Positions 21,391 to 30,535 of a DNA stretch of 64,000 nucleotides are shown piece after piece; the first letter of the stretch is position 1, and each line of letters begins with the position of its first letter. Source of the DNA: Aulosira sp. ZfuVER01 (GTDB lineage: Bacteria > Cyanobacteriota > Cyanobacteriia > Cyanobacteriales > Nostocaceae); the NCBI GenBank assembly GCA_034530615.2, contig JAVRCV020000059.1, positions 64,001 to 128,000 of the forward strand, given 5' to 3'. The position numbers and the translations under genes were made by a program. Below the pieces are notes generated by a model, which saw nothing but the letters and a program-made list of their open reading frames with translations, was not told where the DNA came from and searched no databases.

Positions 21391-22225
21391 ACCAGGTTTC
21401 TAAATCCGCGATCGCCTGAAAATCTAATAATGCTTCACCTAGATTTTCTAATTGTTCTAAGGTGAGAGATTCAACGCGCGATCGCACGTCTTGGGGTAAT
21501 TCTCCCACACGACGAATAAGTTGACGGAGAACGAGCAATTGTCCTTCTGCTTTTCGTCCTTCTTCCCTTCCGCGTTGTTCTCCGCGTTGTTCGCCTTCAG
21601 CGAGGATTTCTTGATAAATTACTGACTCGCGCATCATACCCTCCCGAAATAATTGTTTAATCAAGCCCCGATCGTATTTTAACCCGGCTAAGATTTGGGT
21701 ATAAGCCGAAATTTCTGGTCTTTGTCTCGGTTCCAGTTGATTAACTTTGGCTATAACTTGTTGCAATAAGGCTTGGGGTTGTGTTGTTGCTGCCAGTGGT
21801 GCTAATGGTAACAAAGCTTCGTCATTGAGAAATAGTTCGGGATTTTCTTCCCACATGGAAATCACTCGATATTCATGACGAGTATTTTCGACTATAAAGG
21901 CAGTTTCAATCACCGTTCCTGGTGCGGGGGGAAGCAATAAGACAACAACTTGCGTGATTGGGAGGCGATACAAACGATACAAGCGTACCCAATAATCAAG
22001 CATTCGCAGGGGTAAGGGTGGTGTAGCTTGGAGTTTGGTTTGAAATTCCAGGTGGAGAATGCGTCCTTCTAGCTGTAAGAATGTGACATAATCAGCGCGA
22101 ATCGGTTCAATGCTCAATTCAGTTTTCAGGACTGTGGCAGAATTTTGTCGTGTACCCAAAACCCAACTGGCAAAACGTTCTGGATATTTTTCGGACAGTA
22201 GTTTGCACAGGTTATCAAAGGACAT
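21377..22225 (-). CDS. Rpn-family PD-(D/E)xK nuclease / putative transposase with DUF4351 tail
   Basis: IRAD...LHLEFQT, RMLDYW, MRESVIYQE, LEQLENLGEALLDF. Confidence 0.85.
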   Translation of the reverse strand: MSFDNLCKLLSEKYPERFASWVLGTRQNSATVLKTELSIEPIRADYVTFLQLEGRILHLEFQTKLQATPPLPLRMLDYWVRLYRLYRLPITQVVVLLLPPAPGTVIETAFIVENTRHEYRVISMWEENPELFLNDEALLPLAPLAATTQPQALLQQVIAKVNQLEPRQRPEISAYTQILAGLKYDRGLIKQLFREGMMRESVIYQEILAEGEQRGEQRGREEGRKAEGQLLVLRQLIRRVGELPQDVRSRVESLTLEQLENLGEALLDFQAIADLETWFTTQ

Positions 22226-22410
22226 TGACAATCAGCAACCATTGAAAGAGACATTGTTATTATCTCGTGCAGTGTTTTGAGTAGGCATGATTAGTTGGAT
22301 AGCTTGGTATCATATCTCTCAGCGTATATTTTTAAATTCTTGTAGATTTTTGTAGTATGTTATGCCAGAGCCTAACGCACCAATCATATATAGTGTAAGG
22401 ATTAAAAATA

Positions 22411-22749
22411 ATGCAAGTTCTCAAAAGATCCATTAAACCAGCAATCTATATATCCTTCCTCCACATTTACCAAACTACTTGGGGGACTGCTGGTGATATT
22501 TGTTTAATCCGTGAATCTGTAGCTAAGGAAAGTAGATCGAAATTTGTCGGGCGCAAAATCCGGCTAGCACTGCCAAAAGGATTGGAACGCGATCGCTTGG
22601 CAAACTGTCCGATAATTAAAGTTGCAGGTAATGTAGGTGACGGACATCCTAAAGAACACCCGTTGGAATGGGAGGCTTATGAAGGTATAGATAAAGAACT
22701 AGCAGCAGCAGTTCTTAAACCTTGGGGCTTTAAGTTAATTGAACTGTAA
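22411..22749 (+). CDS. Conserved cyanobacterial hypothetical protein
   Basis: Clean 112-aa ORF with AAGGA RBS. Confidence 0.7.
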   Translation: MQVLKRSIKPAIYISFLHIYQTTWGTAGDICLIRESVAKESRSKFVGRKIRLALPKGLERDRLANCPIIKVAGNVGDGHPKEHPLEWEAYEGIDKELAAAVLKPWGFKLIEL

Positions 22750-22989
22750 GTAGTCATGCAAAATTAAATAATACTTGTTGTTTAAGGGGGAAAGGGGAAG
22801 AAAAAACTTTTTTTCCTCCTTCCTTTTGCTTTTTTGTACTACCGCCATTATGCAAAATTTCGCTATGATCGCGTTCTTGAGCGAATTGACAGGAAAATGG
22901 GGGAACCCACTGGCACGCAGATGTATTTATGATCTTTAATTGAGCGATCGCTTTCACCTGAAGGCTTAATGTTCAAGCTGTAAGGCTTA

Positions 22990-24609
22990 TTAGACTTTAC
23001 AAGTCTCAAGGCGAGAGAAGAGATACCCGACTGCCTTCCCACCCAGAATCCGATACGATATCTCATAGGAGGGACTGACGCGCGACGGGAGGTGTCCACG
23101 AGGGGCTGAAGTATTATAAGTTTCAACTACAATCCAGTTGCTTTCGACTCTCCATCCTACGCGATCGCCAAATTTCTTCCAGGCTTGTTCATCATACTTA
23201 CCACCTGGCTTACCACCAACGCTCAAGTAAATTTCTTTTTGAACGCTAAAGCCAAAGCGTCCATTGCTATATTTGACCCAGAGGCGGTCAATGGTGCGGA
23301 GGTCGGTACAGGGAAAGTTTAATAGTTCTTCATCTCTAATCCAGTCATTTTCCTTACGCCCTACCACTTGAAGCATTAGCACATAAGTTTCATAATCAGC
23401 ATCTTTCCACTTACCTGCTGCTAGTAGGTCGCGTAGTTTTGTATAGTCTACGCCTTTTTCTGAACTGAGGTCATTTTCCTTTGTAGCCGATTTAGAGGTA
23501 ATGTTTTTTGCTACCTTGTGCGCCCATTCTCGCTTGCTTTGAGAGGTAAATCGCGCCTCAATGTTTGCAATATCCTCATCTCTAAGTTGCAAAAGCTGCT
23601 GTAATCTCTTCAATTCTGCTTGTGTATGCTGGTTCAGAATCTCTTCATCCTGTATCGCCTCAACCAACGCTTCTTCGTATTCCCTGAGATTCTCTTGATA
23701 CTTGCGGTAAGGTTCCAAAACTTCGTTTTCAATTTGGGTTGCTATCTCAACTGACAAACCCAATTCACTTTGCCGACGTTTGAGAATGCGGCGACCTGTA
23801 ACAGAGACTTTACCATCTCTAACCCATCGTTCTACTTCTTTACGGTAATCTAATTGATGATCGCCTAAAGGAGCTTTCGCTAACTTAATTTTAAAGCCTT
23901 CTTTAATAGCATAAAGTTCTGGCTTCATTGCCGGGGCTGCTTCCTGCACTTTTTTACAGGCATATTCATGCAGTTCATCTACAGAAATCATGCCATCATT
24001 ATCAGTGTCAGCTGCGCCTTTCTCAATCCCTTCGACAATGTAGCGGGTGTAAACCGATAACTCTTCCCCTTCTTGTTCAAAAGAATACTGAGTAGATGTG
24101 GAAGAAGTTAGTACCGCCCTTCCTTCTCCTCCCAGTTGATTCTTGATGTCTAGGCTGTTATCACTTTTCGCTTTCATTCCTTCAGCAAAAGCACCGCTAA
24201 AGCAACAGTCAAGAATAATTACCTGTCGCCGGGAACGGCTATTTTCCATCATCTCATGTATGACTTTGGCAGCAATGGCGGTAGCTTTAATGAGTTCGCC
24301 CTTAGGATTCTTACGAGTTTGGCTAGTTGCTAAATATAATCTGCCAGTTTCATCTTTAATCCCATGTCCAGAGAAATACAACAGTAGTAGGTCATCTTTG
24401 TGACGACCAGAGAACAAGGTTTCAATTGCTTCTTCCATTATCTGGCGTGGGGGATTTTCCAACACTGTAATATCAGTATCAGCAAAATCACCCATTTCTG
24501 GGTGCTGTAACACTCGCTGCATTGCTTTTATATCTTGCACAGCGCTGGGTAAAGCATTTAACCCAGGTTGGTACTCACTAATTCCAATTAGCAATGCTAG
24601 CTTTGCCAT
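22990..24609 (-). CDS. Caspase-like peptidase (C14, EACC1-associated type) with C-terminal GUN4-like domain
   Basis: KLALLIGISEY, YFSGHG (His), ILDCCFSG (Cys); C-terminal LRDLLAAGKWKDADYET...LWVKYSNGRFGFSVQK...PRGHLP. Confidence 0.88.
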   Translation of the reverse strand: MAKLALLIGISEYQPGLNALPSAVQDIKAMQRVLQHPEMGDFADTDITVLENPPRQIMEEAIETLFSGRHKDDLLLLYFSGHGIKDETGRLYLATSQTRKNPKGELIKATAIAAKVIHEMMENSRSRRQVIILDCCFSGAFAEGMKAKSDNSLDIKNQLGGEGRAVLTSSTSTQYSFEQEGEELSVYTRYIVEGIEKGAADTDNDGMISVDELHEYACKKVQEAAPAMKPELYAIKEGFKIKLAKAPLGDHQLDYRKEVERWVRDGKVSVTGRRILKRRQSELGLSVEIATQIENEVLEPYRKYQENLREYEEALVEAIQDEEILNQHTQAELKRLQQLLQLRDEDIANIEARFTSQSKREWAHKVAKNITSKSATKENDLSSEKGVDYTKLRDLLAAGKWKDADYETYVLMLQVVGRKENDWIRDEELLNFPCTDLRTIDRLWVKYSNGRFGFSVQKEIYLSVGGKPGGKYDEQAWKKFGDRVGWRVESNWIVVETYNTSAPRGHLPSRVSPSYEISYRILGGKAVGYLFSRLETCKV

Positions 24610-24617
24610 GTACCTAT

Positions 24618-25010
24618 CTACACTTTTGTAATCTCTTGTATTGCATTTACTGCGGCTTCTAATTCTTGGCGACTGCTGGCTTTGACCTTAACTTTCTTGC
24701 TTTCACCACTTTCTTTGGTTAATTCTAGTTCTATTTCAATGGGTTTGTTACCTAAACGGTCAGTGAGAAAACCCCAAACTTGCTTGACACTATCTGATTT
24801 CACCAAAGCAATCACTTGACCGACAACATAGCCTGTGATTGACTTGCTTCCCACTGGTGCGTTGAGTTCAGCTACTCGGTTAACTTCTTCTACCTCATTG
24901 AGTTCTTTCATTTGATTCAGAAGTCTTTCGGCTTCTTCGTCTTTTTCCTCTTCATCCAAGTCTTGGTCAATAAAGGTGATTGTCAGTTTCAGGTCTGATG
25001 TGTCTGCCAT
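24618..25010 (-). CDS. EACC1-like effector-associated constant component
   Basis: 130 aa, acidic N-terminus, APVGSKS motif, ends 8 nt before caspase start. Confidence 0.7.
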   Translation of the reverse strand: MADTSDLKLTITFIDQDLDEEEKDEEAERLLNQMKELNEVEEVNRVAELNAPVGSKSITGYVVGQVIALVKSDSVKQVWGFLTDRLGNKPIEIELELTKESGESKKVKVKASSRQELEAAVNAIQEITKV

Positions 25011-25260
25011 ACTGAGAATTGGGTGCTTAAAAATACAAGAAATTAAGATAGTGTATTACTGAGACTTAAGCTCAGTCTACTTTAAATACATCAAGATTAA
25101 GGTTGATAATTATGCAAATTTGCGAGTTTTTATGGATAATTTAGCCTTGAAGACTAGAAGAGGCTAAAGCATCCTGAATTGCTGATGATGCTGAAATTTT
25201 ATAGTTGTGATCGCCTTTGGTTATCTTGTCATCATGCCGTAAATAAGCTTGAGTTTCTGC

Positions 25261-25361
25261 GCGTAGACGCCTTAGCGGCTTGGCTTACCCCTACGGGGAA
25301 GCAAGCTACACGTAGCGTCTCGTTCGACGAAGTAGTTCCCTCAGGGTAAAGAAGGCATCGC
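25261..25361. repeat. Cluster of nested small dispersed hairpin repeats (SDR-like) splitting a HIP1 site
   Basis: GCG...ATCGC ends enclosing GC-rich mini-hairpins (CCCCtacGGGG, TCGTTCGACGA, CCCtcAGGG). Confidence 0.55.
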
Positions 25362-25640
25362 TTTAATGTTAAGGCTTATTTCGTCTTGTGAAGTACAAAA
25401 GTTTGTTGGTAAGTGCAATTATCGCTGTATAGGACAAGCTTTACTTAGGCGATCACATTTTTTATAGATGCGTCAGTATGATGTTTCTGGCGATACACGG
25501 GCTGCGTAGGCGATCACGTACTTATTCAAGAAATGAATTTTATACTATTATGGATTTTGCATGGTATGTAGGTTTACAGCGTGTATAGTAAATTCAGCGT
25601 AATTAAGCGGAAACCAAGGTATTAATTAGTTGATTTTGCT

Positions 25641-26138
25641 ATGCCAAATGAGCTGTTACAAATTCTAGTGCCTGCATTTATTGGTGCCGCTTCTGGATAT
25701 CTAATTAATCAATTGCCGCCACTGAGAACGTTTCGAGGTAGCAAGTTACTGGTAATTGCTATAGCGATTGAACTTGCGGTTTTGGGAGGAATTTGGGCAT
25801 GGTTAGCTGGAGATGTTGCTAAAACCTCGAATATCAGGGGACTAGTAGAAAAGCTTGGTTTTGCATTATTAGGAGCTTTTGTAGTTAATTTTATGCAACT
25901 TATATTTGGGATCAGTTGGGGTAGACAATCTGCACAACCAACTTTCCCGCAGCCAGGCACAAATGCTGGAACTGTGGTGAGAGGTACAAAGATGACCGGA
26001 AAGGGCAATAAAGCCACAGTTAGCAAAGGAGATGTGTGGGTAGAAAATACTGAAATAGATGGTGAAAACCAGGAATTTTCTGTAACAGATGATTTCAATC
26101 GGCCTTCTTCGCAACAAAATAATACTCCGAATCCATGA
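25641..26138 (+). CDS. Small membrane protein (about 3 TM) with C-terminal 2 x 21-aa pseudo-repeat
   Basis: Three hydrophobic segments, Pro/Gln linker, repeats GTVVRGTKMTGKGNKATVSKG / DVWVENTEIDGENQEFSVTDD; ATGA overlap with next gene. Confidence 0.8.
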   Translation: MPNELLQILVPAFIGAASGYLINQLPPLRTFRGSKLLVIAIAIELAVLGGIWAWLAGDVAKTSNIRGLVEKLGFALLGAFVVNFMQLIFGISWGRQSAQPTFPQPGTNAGTVVRGTKMTGKGNKATVSKGDVWVENTEIDGENQEFSVTDDFNRPSSQQNNTPNP

Positions 26139-26917
26139 TTATCGCCAATCACATGATCGCTAATCGCACGCAGGAAGTTTTACTTTTTGAGCAGATGGTA
26201 GCGGGAAGCTTTACCAAACGAGTGCTACTGATTGAAGGTAAATCTGGTTTTGGTAAGACTTGGTTACTGGCTCGGTTGAAACAAACTCTGCCTCTAAAGA
26301 CGTTATGTGTACAAGTAGATTTCAAATTACCACAACCAGGCATTCCTGATATTTTTTTTTATATACGCAGGCGTTTGGGAAAGGAAAATTTTCCTCAGTT
26401 AAATGCTGCTTCTGAGCGATATTTGAGTTCGGGGATACAAATCTGTGACACTACAATGATTGGAAAAGATAACCAATTTAGTGTAGTTTTGAGCAATTTA
26501 GATGAGAGTACACGAAATTTTCGCTTGACTCTATTAAGAGAAGCATTTTTTGAGGACTTGCGTAAAATTCCCCAAAAACTAGTTTTTTTGTTTGATTCTT
26601 ACGAAAAAGCCCCTACTGAACTGGCAAATTGGTTAGAGGGTGAATTCTTAGCAGAAGTTGTCTATACACCCAAATTAATTGTAGTAATTGCCGGACAGCA
26701 GATTCCTCAAGCAACAATCGAATGGATAGATTTACATCATTGTTGTTCTTTGGAAGCCATTTTGGAATTAAAAGCATGGTGTGAATACGCCCAAAATGAA
26801 AGATTATCCCTGAATCACTATGAAGTGAATGCAGCGATGGTTCTGTGTAAAGGGCAACCTGCTGAAATTGCGGCAGCCTTAAAGACGCTAGAGGCGGAAG
26901 CGAGGAAAAGGCAATGA
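26135..26917 (+). CDS. Stand-alone STAND/AAA_16-like P-loop NTPase
   Basis: Walker A LLIEGKSGFGKT, Walker B LVFLFDSYE; ATGA overlaps at both ends. Confidence 0.85.
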   Translation: MIIANHMIANRTQEVLLFEQMVAGSFTKRVLLIEGKSGFGKTWLLARLKQTLPLKTLCVQVDFKLPQPGIPDIFFYIRRRLGKENFPQLNAASERYLSSGIQICDTTMIGKDNQFSVVLSNLDESTRNFRLTLLREAFFEDLRKIPQKLVFLFDSYEKAPTELANWLEGEFLAEVVYTPKLIVVIAGQQIPQATIEWIDLHHCCSLEAILELKAWCEYAQNERLSLNHYEVNAAMVLCKGQPAEIAAALKTLEAEARKRQ

Positions 26918-29523
26918 ATAATCCTTTATTAGAGAAGCTAGCAAAGGCACAAACAGACGAAGAACGTTTTTGGATTGTAACTGAGAGTTTACTTTCGACG
27001 CTTTCACCTGATTTAGCAGCAGTAGCGTGGGCTGCGGCAATTCCTCACTGGTTTAATGCAGATATCTTGGCGGCACTGCGTCCAGAATTGCAAGCACAAG
27101 CATCTCAGCTTTATATTGAATTGCAAGGCTTACCTTTCGTAGAAGAGTTTCCACGTCAAGGGCATAATATTCACGATTTAACACGACGGCAAATGTTAAA
27201 TCACTTGTGGCATGAGCATCGAAATGAATTTATGACGATGTCACAACGAGCAGCAGAGTATTTTTTCAGCAGCTATGAGCGTCAAGAAAAGATAAATGAC
27301 CAGCCAGAAACTCAAATTGAATGGCTGTATCACTTAGTGGTAATTGACCCAGAATGGAAAGGTAGTGAGCTTAGGGATTTAGCAAAAAACTGGGTGAATA
27401 ATTTTCGCACTGCTGAACTAGAATATCTGATTGGAGCATTACTAGAACAGATTACAGCAGAGCGAGTGGCAACACTTGCTAAAGCAGAAACTTACTTTTG
27501 GGCAGGTAGAGCGAAATTTCAATTTTCTAAGACAACAGAAGCTTTAGAGAGCTACAAAGCAGCATTAGAATTCTACCGCCAGATGGGTAATCATTTGGGG
27601 GAAGCTAATACCTTAAAAGCAATCGGTGATGTCTTGCACTTCCAAAAACAAACTACTGAAGCCTTAGAAAGCTATGAAGCGGCATTGGCATTCTACCGTG
27701 ACATGGTCGTTAGCGAAGTTCCTCCTTTGGAGGCTCGCTTGGGGGAAGCTAATACCTTAAAAGCAATCGGCGATGTCTTGCAGTTGCTTGACCGATGCAG
27801 CGAAGCCTTAGAAAGCTACGAAGCAGCATTGATATCCTACCGTGACATTGTCGTTAGCGAAGTTTCTCCTTTGGAGGCTCGCTTGGAGAAAGCTAATATC
27901 CTAAAAGCAATCGGTGATGTCTTGCAGTTCCTTGACCGACGCAGCAAAGCCTTAGAAAGCTACCAAGAAGCATTGGTATCCTACAGCCAGATTAGTGCTC
28001 GTTTGGGGGAAGCCAATACATTAAAAGCAATCGGCGATGTTTTACAGTTCCAAAAAGACAGTAGTGGAGCCTTAAAAAACTACAAAATGGCATTGAGACT
28101 CTACCGCCAAATTAATGCTCACCTGGGGGAAGCTAATACTTTAAGAGCAATGGGTGATGTCTTGCAGTTCCAAAAAGACAGTAGTGGAGCCTTAAAAAAC
28201 TACAAAGCAGCATTGACATTGTACCGCCAGATTGGCGATCGCTTAGGGGAAGCCAATACCTTAAAAGCAATCGGCGATGTTTTGAAGTTCCAAAAAGACA
28301 GTATTAAAGCTTTAAATAAATACGAAACCGCATTGGAATTATACCGCCAGATTAGCGCTCGCTTGGGGGAAGCCAATACTTTAAGAGCAGTCGGCGATGT
28401 TTTGCAGTTCCAAAAAGACAGTACTAGAGCCTTAGAATGCTATGAAGCAGCATTGGAATTATACCACCAGATTGGCGATCGCTTGGGGGAAGCCAATACT
28501 TTAAGAGTAATCGGCGATGTTTTGCAGTTCCAAAAAGACAGTACTCAAGCCTTAACTAAATACGAAGCGGCACTGCGCTTATACCACGACGTAGGCGATC
28601 GATTGGGAGAAGCTAATACTTTAAGAGCAATCGGTGATGTCTTGCAGTTCCTTGACCGAAAAACCGAAGCCTTAGAACGCTACCAAGAAGCATTAGCATC
28701 CTACCAACAGATTGAAGCTCGCTTGGGAGAAGCTAATACTTTAAAAGCGATCGGCGATGTTTTGCAGTCTCAAAGAAGTAGTACTGAAGCCTTACAAAAC
28801 TACGAAGCAGCATTTGCGTTATACCGCGACATTGTTGATCTTTTAGGAGAAGCTAACACCTTAAAAGCAATTGGCGATGTTTTGCAGTCCCAAGGAAGCA
28901 GTACTGAAGCCTTAGAACGCTACGCAGCGTCATTGGAATTATACCGTCGGATTGGTGCTCGTCTTGGAGAAGCTAATACTTTACAGGCAATCGGTGATGT
29001 TTTGCAATCTCGGGAAAATAGTGACGAAGCCTTAGAACGCTACGAAGCAGCATTGGAATTATACCGTCAGATTGGCGCTTGCTTAGGAGAAGCTAATACT
29101 TTACAGGCAATGGGTGATGTCTTACGCTTCCTTAAGCGACACACCAAAGCTTTAGAGCGCTACGAAGAAGCATTGACATTATGTCGTCAAATCAGATATC
29201 GCTTGGGAGAAGCTAATACTTTACAAGCTATAGGAATCTTACAAGAAAATTTAACTTCGGGTTTAACGTATTGTCAGGAAGCATTAAAATTGTATAACCA
29301 AATGAGTGATAAGTATAGCCAAAGTCGGAATTTAATATACTTTACATCTGAAATTCTCTTAAAACTAGGACGACAACAAGAAGCATTAGATACCCTCCAT
29401 CAAGCTATTGATCTTGCTAGTGAAATTCCCTATCAAAAATTGGTAAACGTTGCCTCAGAAAAAATTAGCGAAATCCACAGATCAGCACGGGATAATGCAA
29501 AGAGTGAGAGACGCGGAGATTAA
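26914..29523 (+). CDS. Winged-helix (STAND-associated) + TPR-repeat protein
   Basis: N-terminal AAAIPHWF...LPFVE...NIHDLTR (MHD-like), then ~14-15 40-aa repeats LGEANTLKAIGDVLQF. Confidence 0.88.
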   Translation: MNNPLLEKLAKAQTDEERFWIVTESLLSTLSPDLAAVAWAAAIPHWFNADILAALRPELQAQASQLYIELQGLPFVEEFPRQGHNIHDLTRRQMLNHLWHEHRNEFMTMSQRAAEYFFSSYERQEKINDQPETQIEWLYHLVVIDPEWKGSELRDLAKNWVNNFRTAELEYLIGALLEQITAERVATLAKAETYFWAGRAKFQFSKTTEALESYKAALEFYRQMGNHLGEANTLKAIGDVLHFQKQTTEALESYEAALAFYRDMVVSEVPPLEARLGEANTLKAIGDVLQLLDRCSEALESYEAALISYRDIVVSEVSPLEARLEKANILKAIGDVLQFLDRRSKALESYQEALVSYSQISARLGEANTLKAIGDVLQFQKDSSGALKNYKMALRLYRQINAHLGEANTLRAMGDVLQFQKDSSGALKNYKAALTLYRQIGDRLGEANTLKAIGDVLKFQKDSIKALNKYETALELYRQISARLGEANTLRAVGDVLQFQKDSTRALECYEAALELYHQIGDRLGEANTLRVIGDVLQFQKDSTQALTKYEAALRLYHDVGDRLGEANTLRAIGDVLQFLDRKTEALERYQEALASYQQIEARLGEANTLKAIGDVLQSQRSSTEALQNYEAAFALYRDIVDLLGEANTLKAIGDVLQSQGSSTEALERYAASLELYRRIGARLGEANTLQAIGDVLQSRENSDEALERYEAALELYRQIGACLGEANTLQAMGDVLRFLKRHTKALERYEEALTLCRQIRYRLGEANTLQAIGILQENLTSGLTYCQEALKLYNQMSDKYSQSRNLIYFTSEILLKLGRQQEALDTLHQAIDLASEIPYQKLVNVASEKISEIHRSARDNAKSERRGD

Positions 29524-29615
29524 TGTTTAACCAAATTTTAGAGAAATAGTATAAGAACATGAATGATTTAGAATTGCATTAACCGTAATTACAATCATGC
29601 AATGTGTTTGTTGAT

Positions 29616-30476
29616 TTACTTTTCTACCATTTCTTTCTTCTTCTGCGGTGTAAATATCCCGTGTCGAGGACTAAATAATAATGCCAATACAAATAATCCC
29701 GATACTACTAAAACGATCGCGGGGCCGGAGGGTAAGTTATAAAAGTAGCTGAGGTACATTCCACTAATACTAGAAATTACGCCGATAACTGCACCCAAAA
29801 TCATGACTTGGTTTAAGCGTTTAACTAATAAATAGGCGGTAGCACCTGGGGTAATTAATAGTGAAAGTACAAGAATCACACCTACAGCTTTCATGCTGGC
29901 GACAATTGTTAACGCAATTAGCAGCATTAATCCAAAGTTCAGCCGATTTACTGGTAAACCTGCGGCTTGTGCGCCTAAGGGGTCAAAAGTGTAAAATAAA
30001 AGTTCTTTATATAACAAAACTACAACTAATAAAACAATCGCGGCAATGATGGCAGTGTCTCTGACTTCATCAATAGTAACGCCAAGAATATTACCGAAAA
30101 GAAAGTGATTGAGGTCGATTTTGTTATCTTTTTGAATGACGGTAATTAGAGTAATACCAAGGGCAAAAAATGCCGAGAAAACTATGCCCATTGCGGCATC
30201 TTCTTTAATTGGCGATCGCGTTCTAATTACTGCGATCGCCATTGTACTAAGAACGCCGGCAATAAATGCGCCAACAAATATATTCCCTCCCACCATAAAA
30301 GCGATCGCTAGTCCTGGCAAAACTGAGTGACTGATGGCATCACCAAGTAATGCCAATCGCTGTACCATTAAGTAGCTGCCAACAACTGCACACAATAAGC
30401 CGACTAAAATCGCAATCACTAGCGATCGCTGCATAAAGCCATATTGTAATGGCTCGATTAATGCTTGAAATGTCAT
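29616..30476 (-). CDS. mntB: Mn ABC transporter permease
   Basis: LLGDAISHSVLPG, ABC-3 family TMs. Confidence 0.85.
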   Translation of the reverse strand: MTFQALIEPLQYGFMQRSLVIAILVGLLCAVVGSYLMVQRLALLGDAISHSVLPGLAIAFMVGGNIFVGAFIAGVLSTMAIAVIRTRSPIKEDAAMGIVFSAFFALGITLITVIQKDNKIDLNHFLFGNILGVTIDEVRDTAIIAAIVLLVVVLLYKELLFYTFDPLGAQAAGLPVNRLNFGLMLLIALTIVASMKAVGVILVLSLLITPGATAYLLVKRLNQVMILGAVIGVISSISGMYLSYFYNLPSGPAIVLVVSGLFVLALLFSPRHGIFTPQKKKEMVEK

Positions 30477-30535
30477 TTGTTATTTGTCATTTGTAATTTG
30501 TCAGGCACAGGAATTTCCTTTTTCCTTTTCCCTTT

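Noticed and set aside
25709..26152. 147-aa minus-strand ORF and other antisense ORFs within long genes
   Set aside because: Shadows of well-supported genes on the opposite strand
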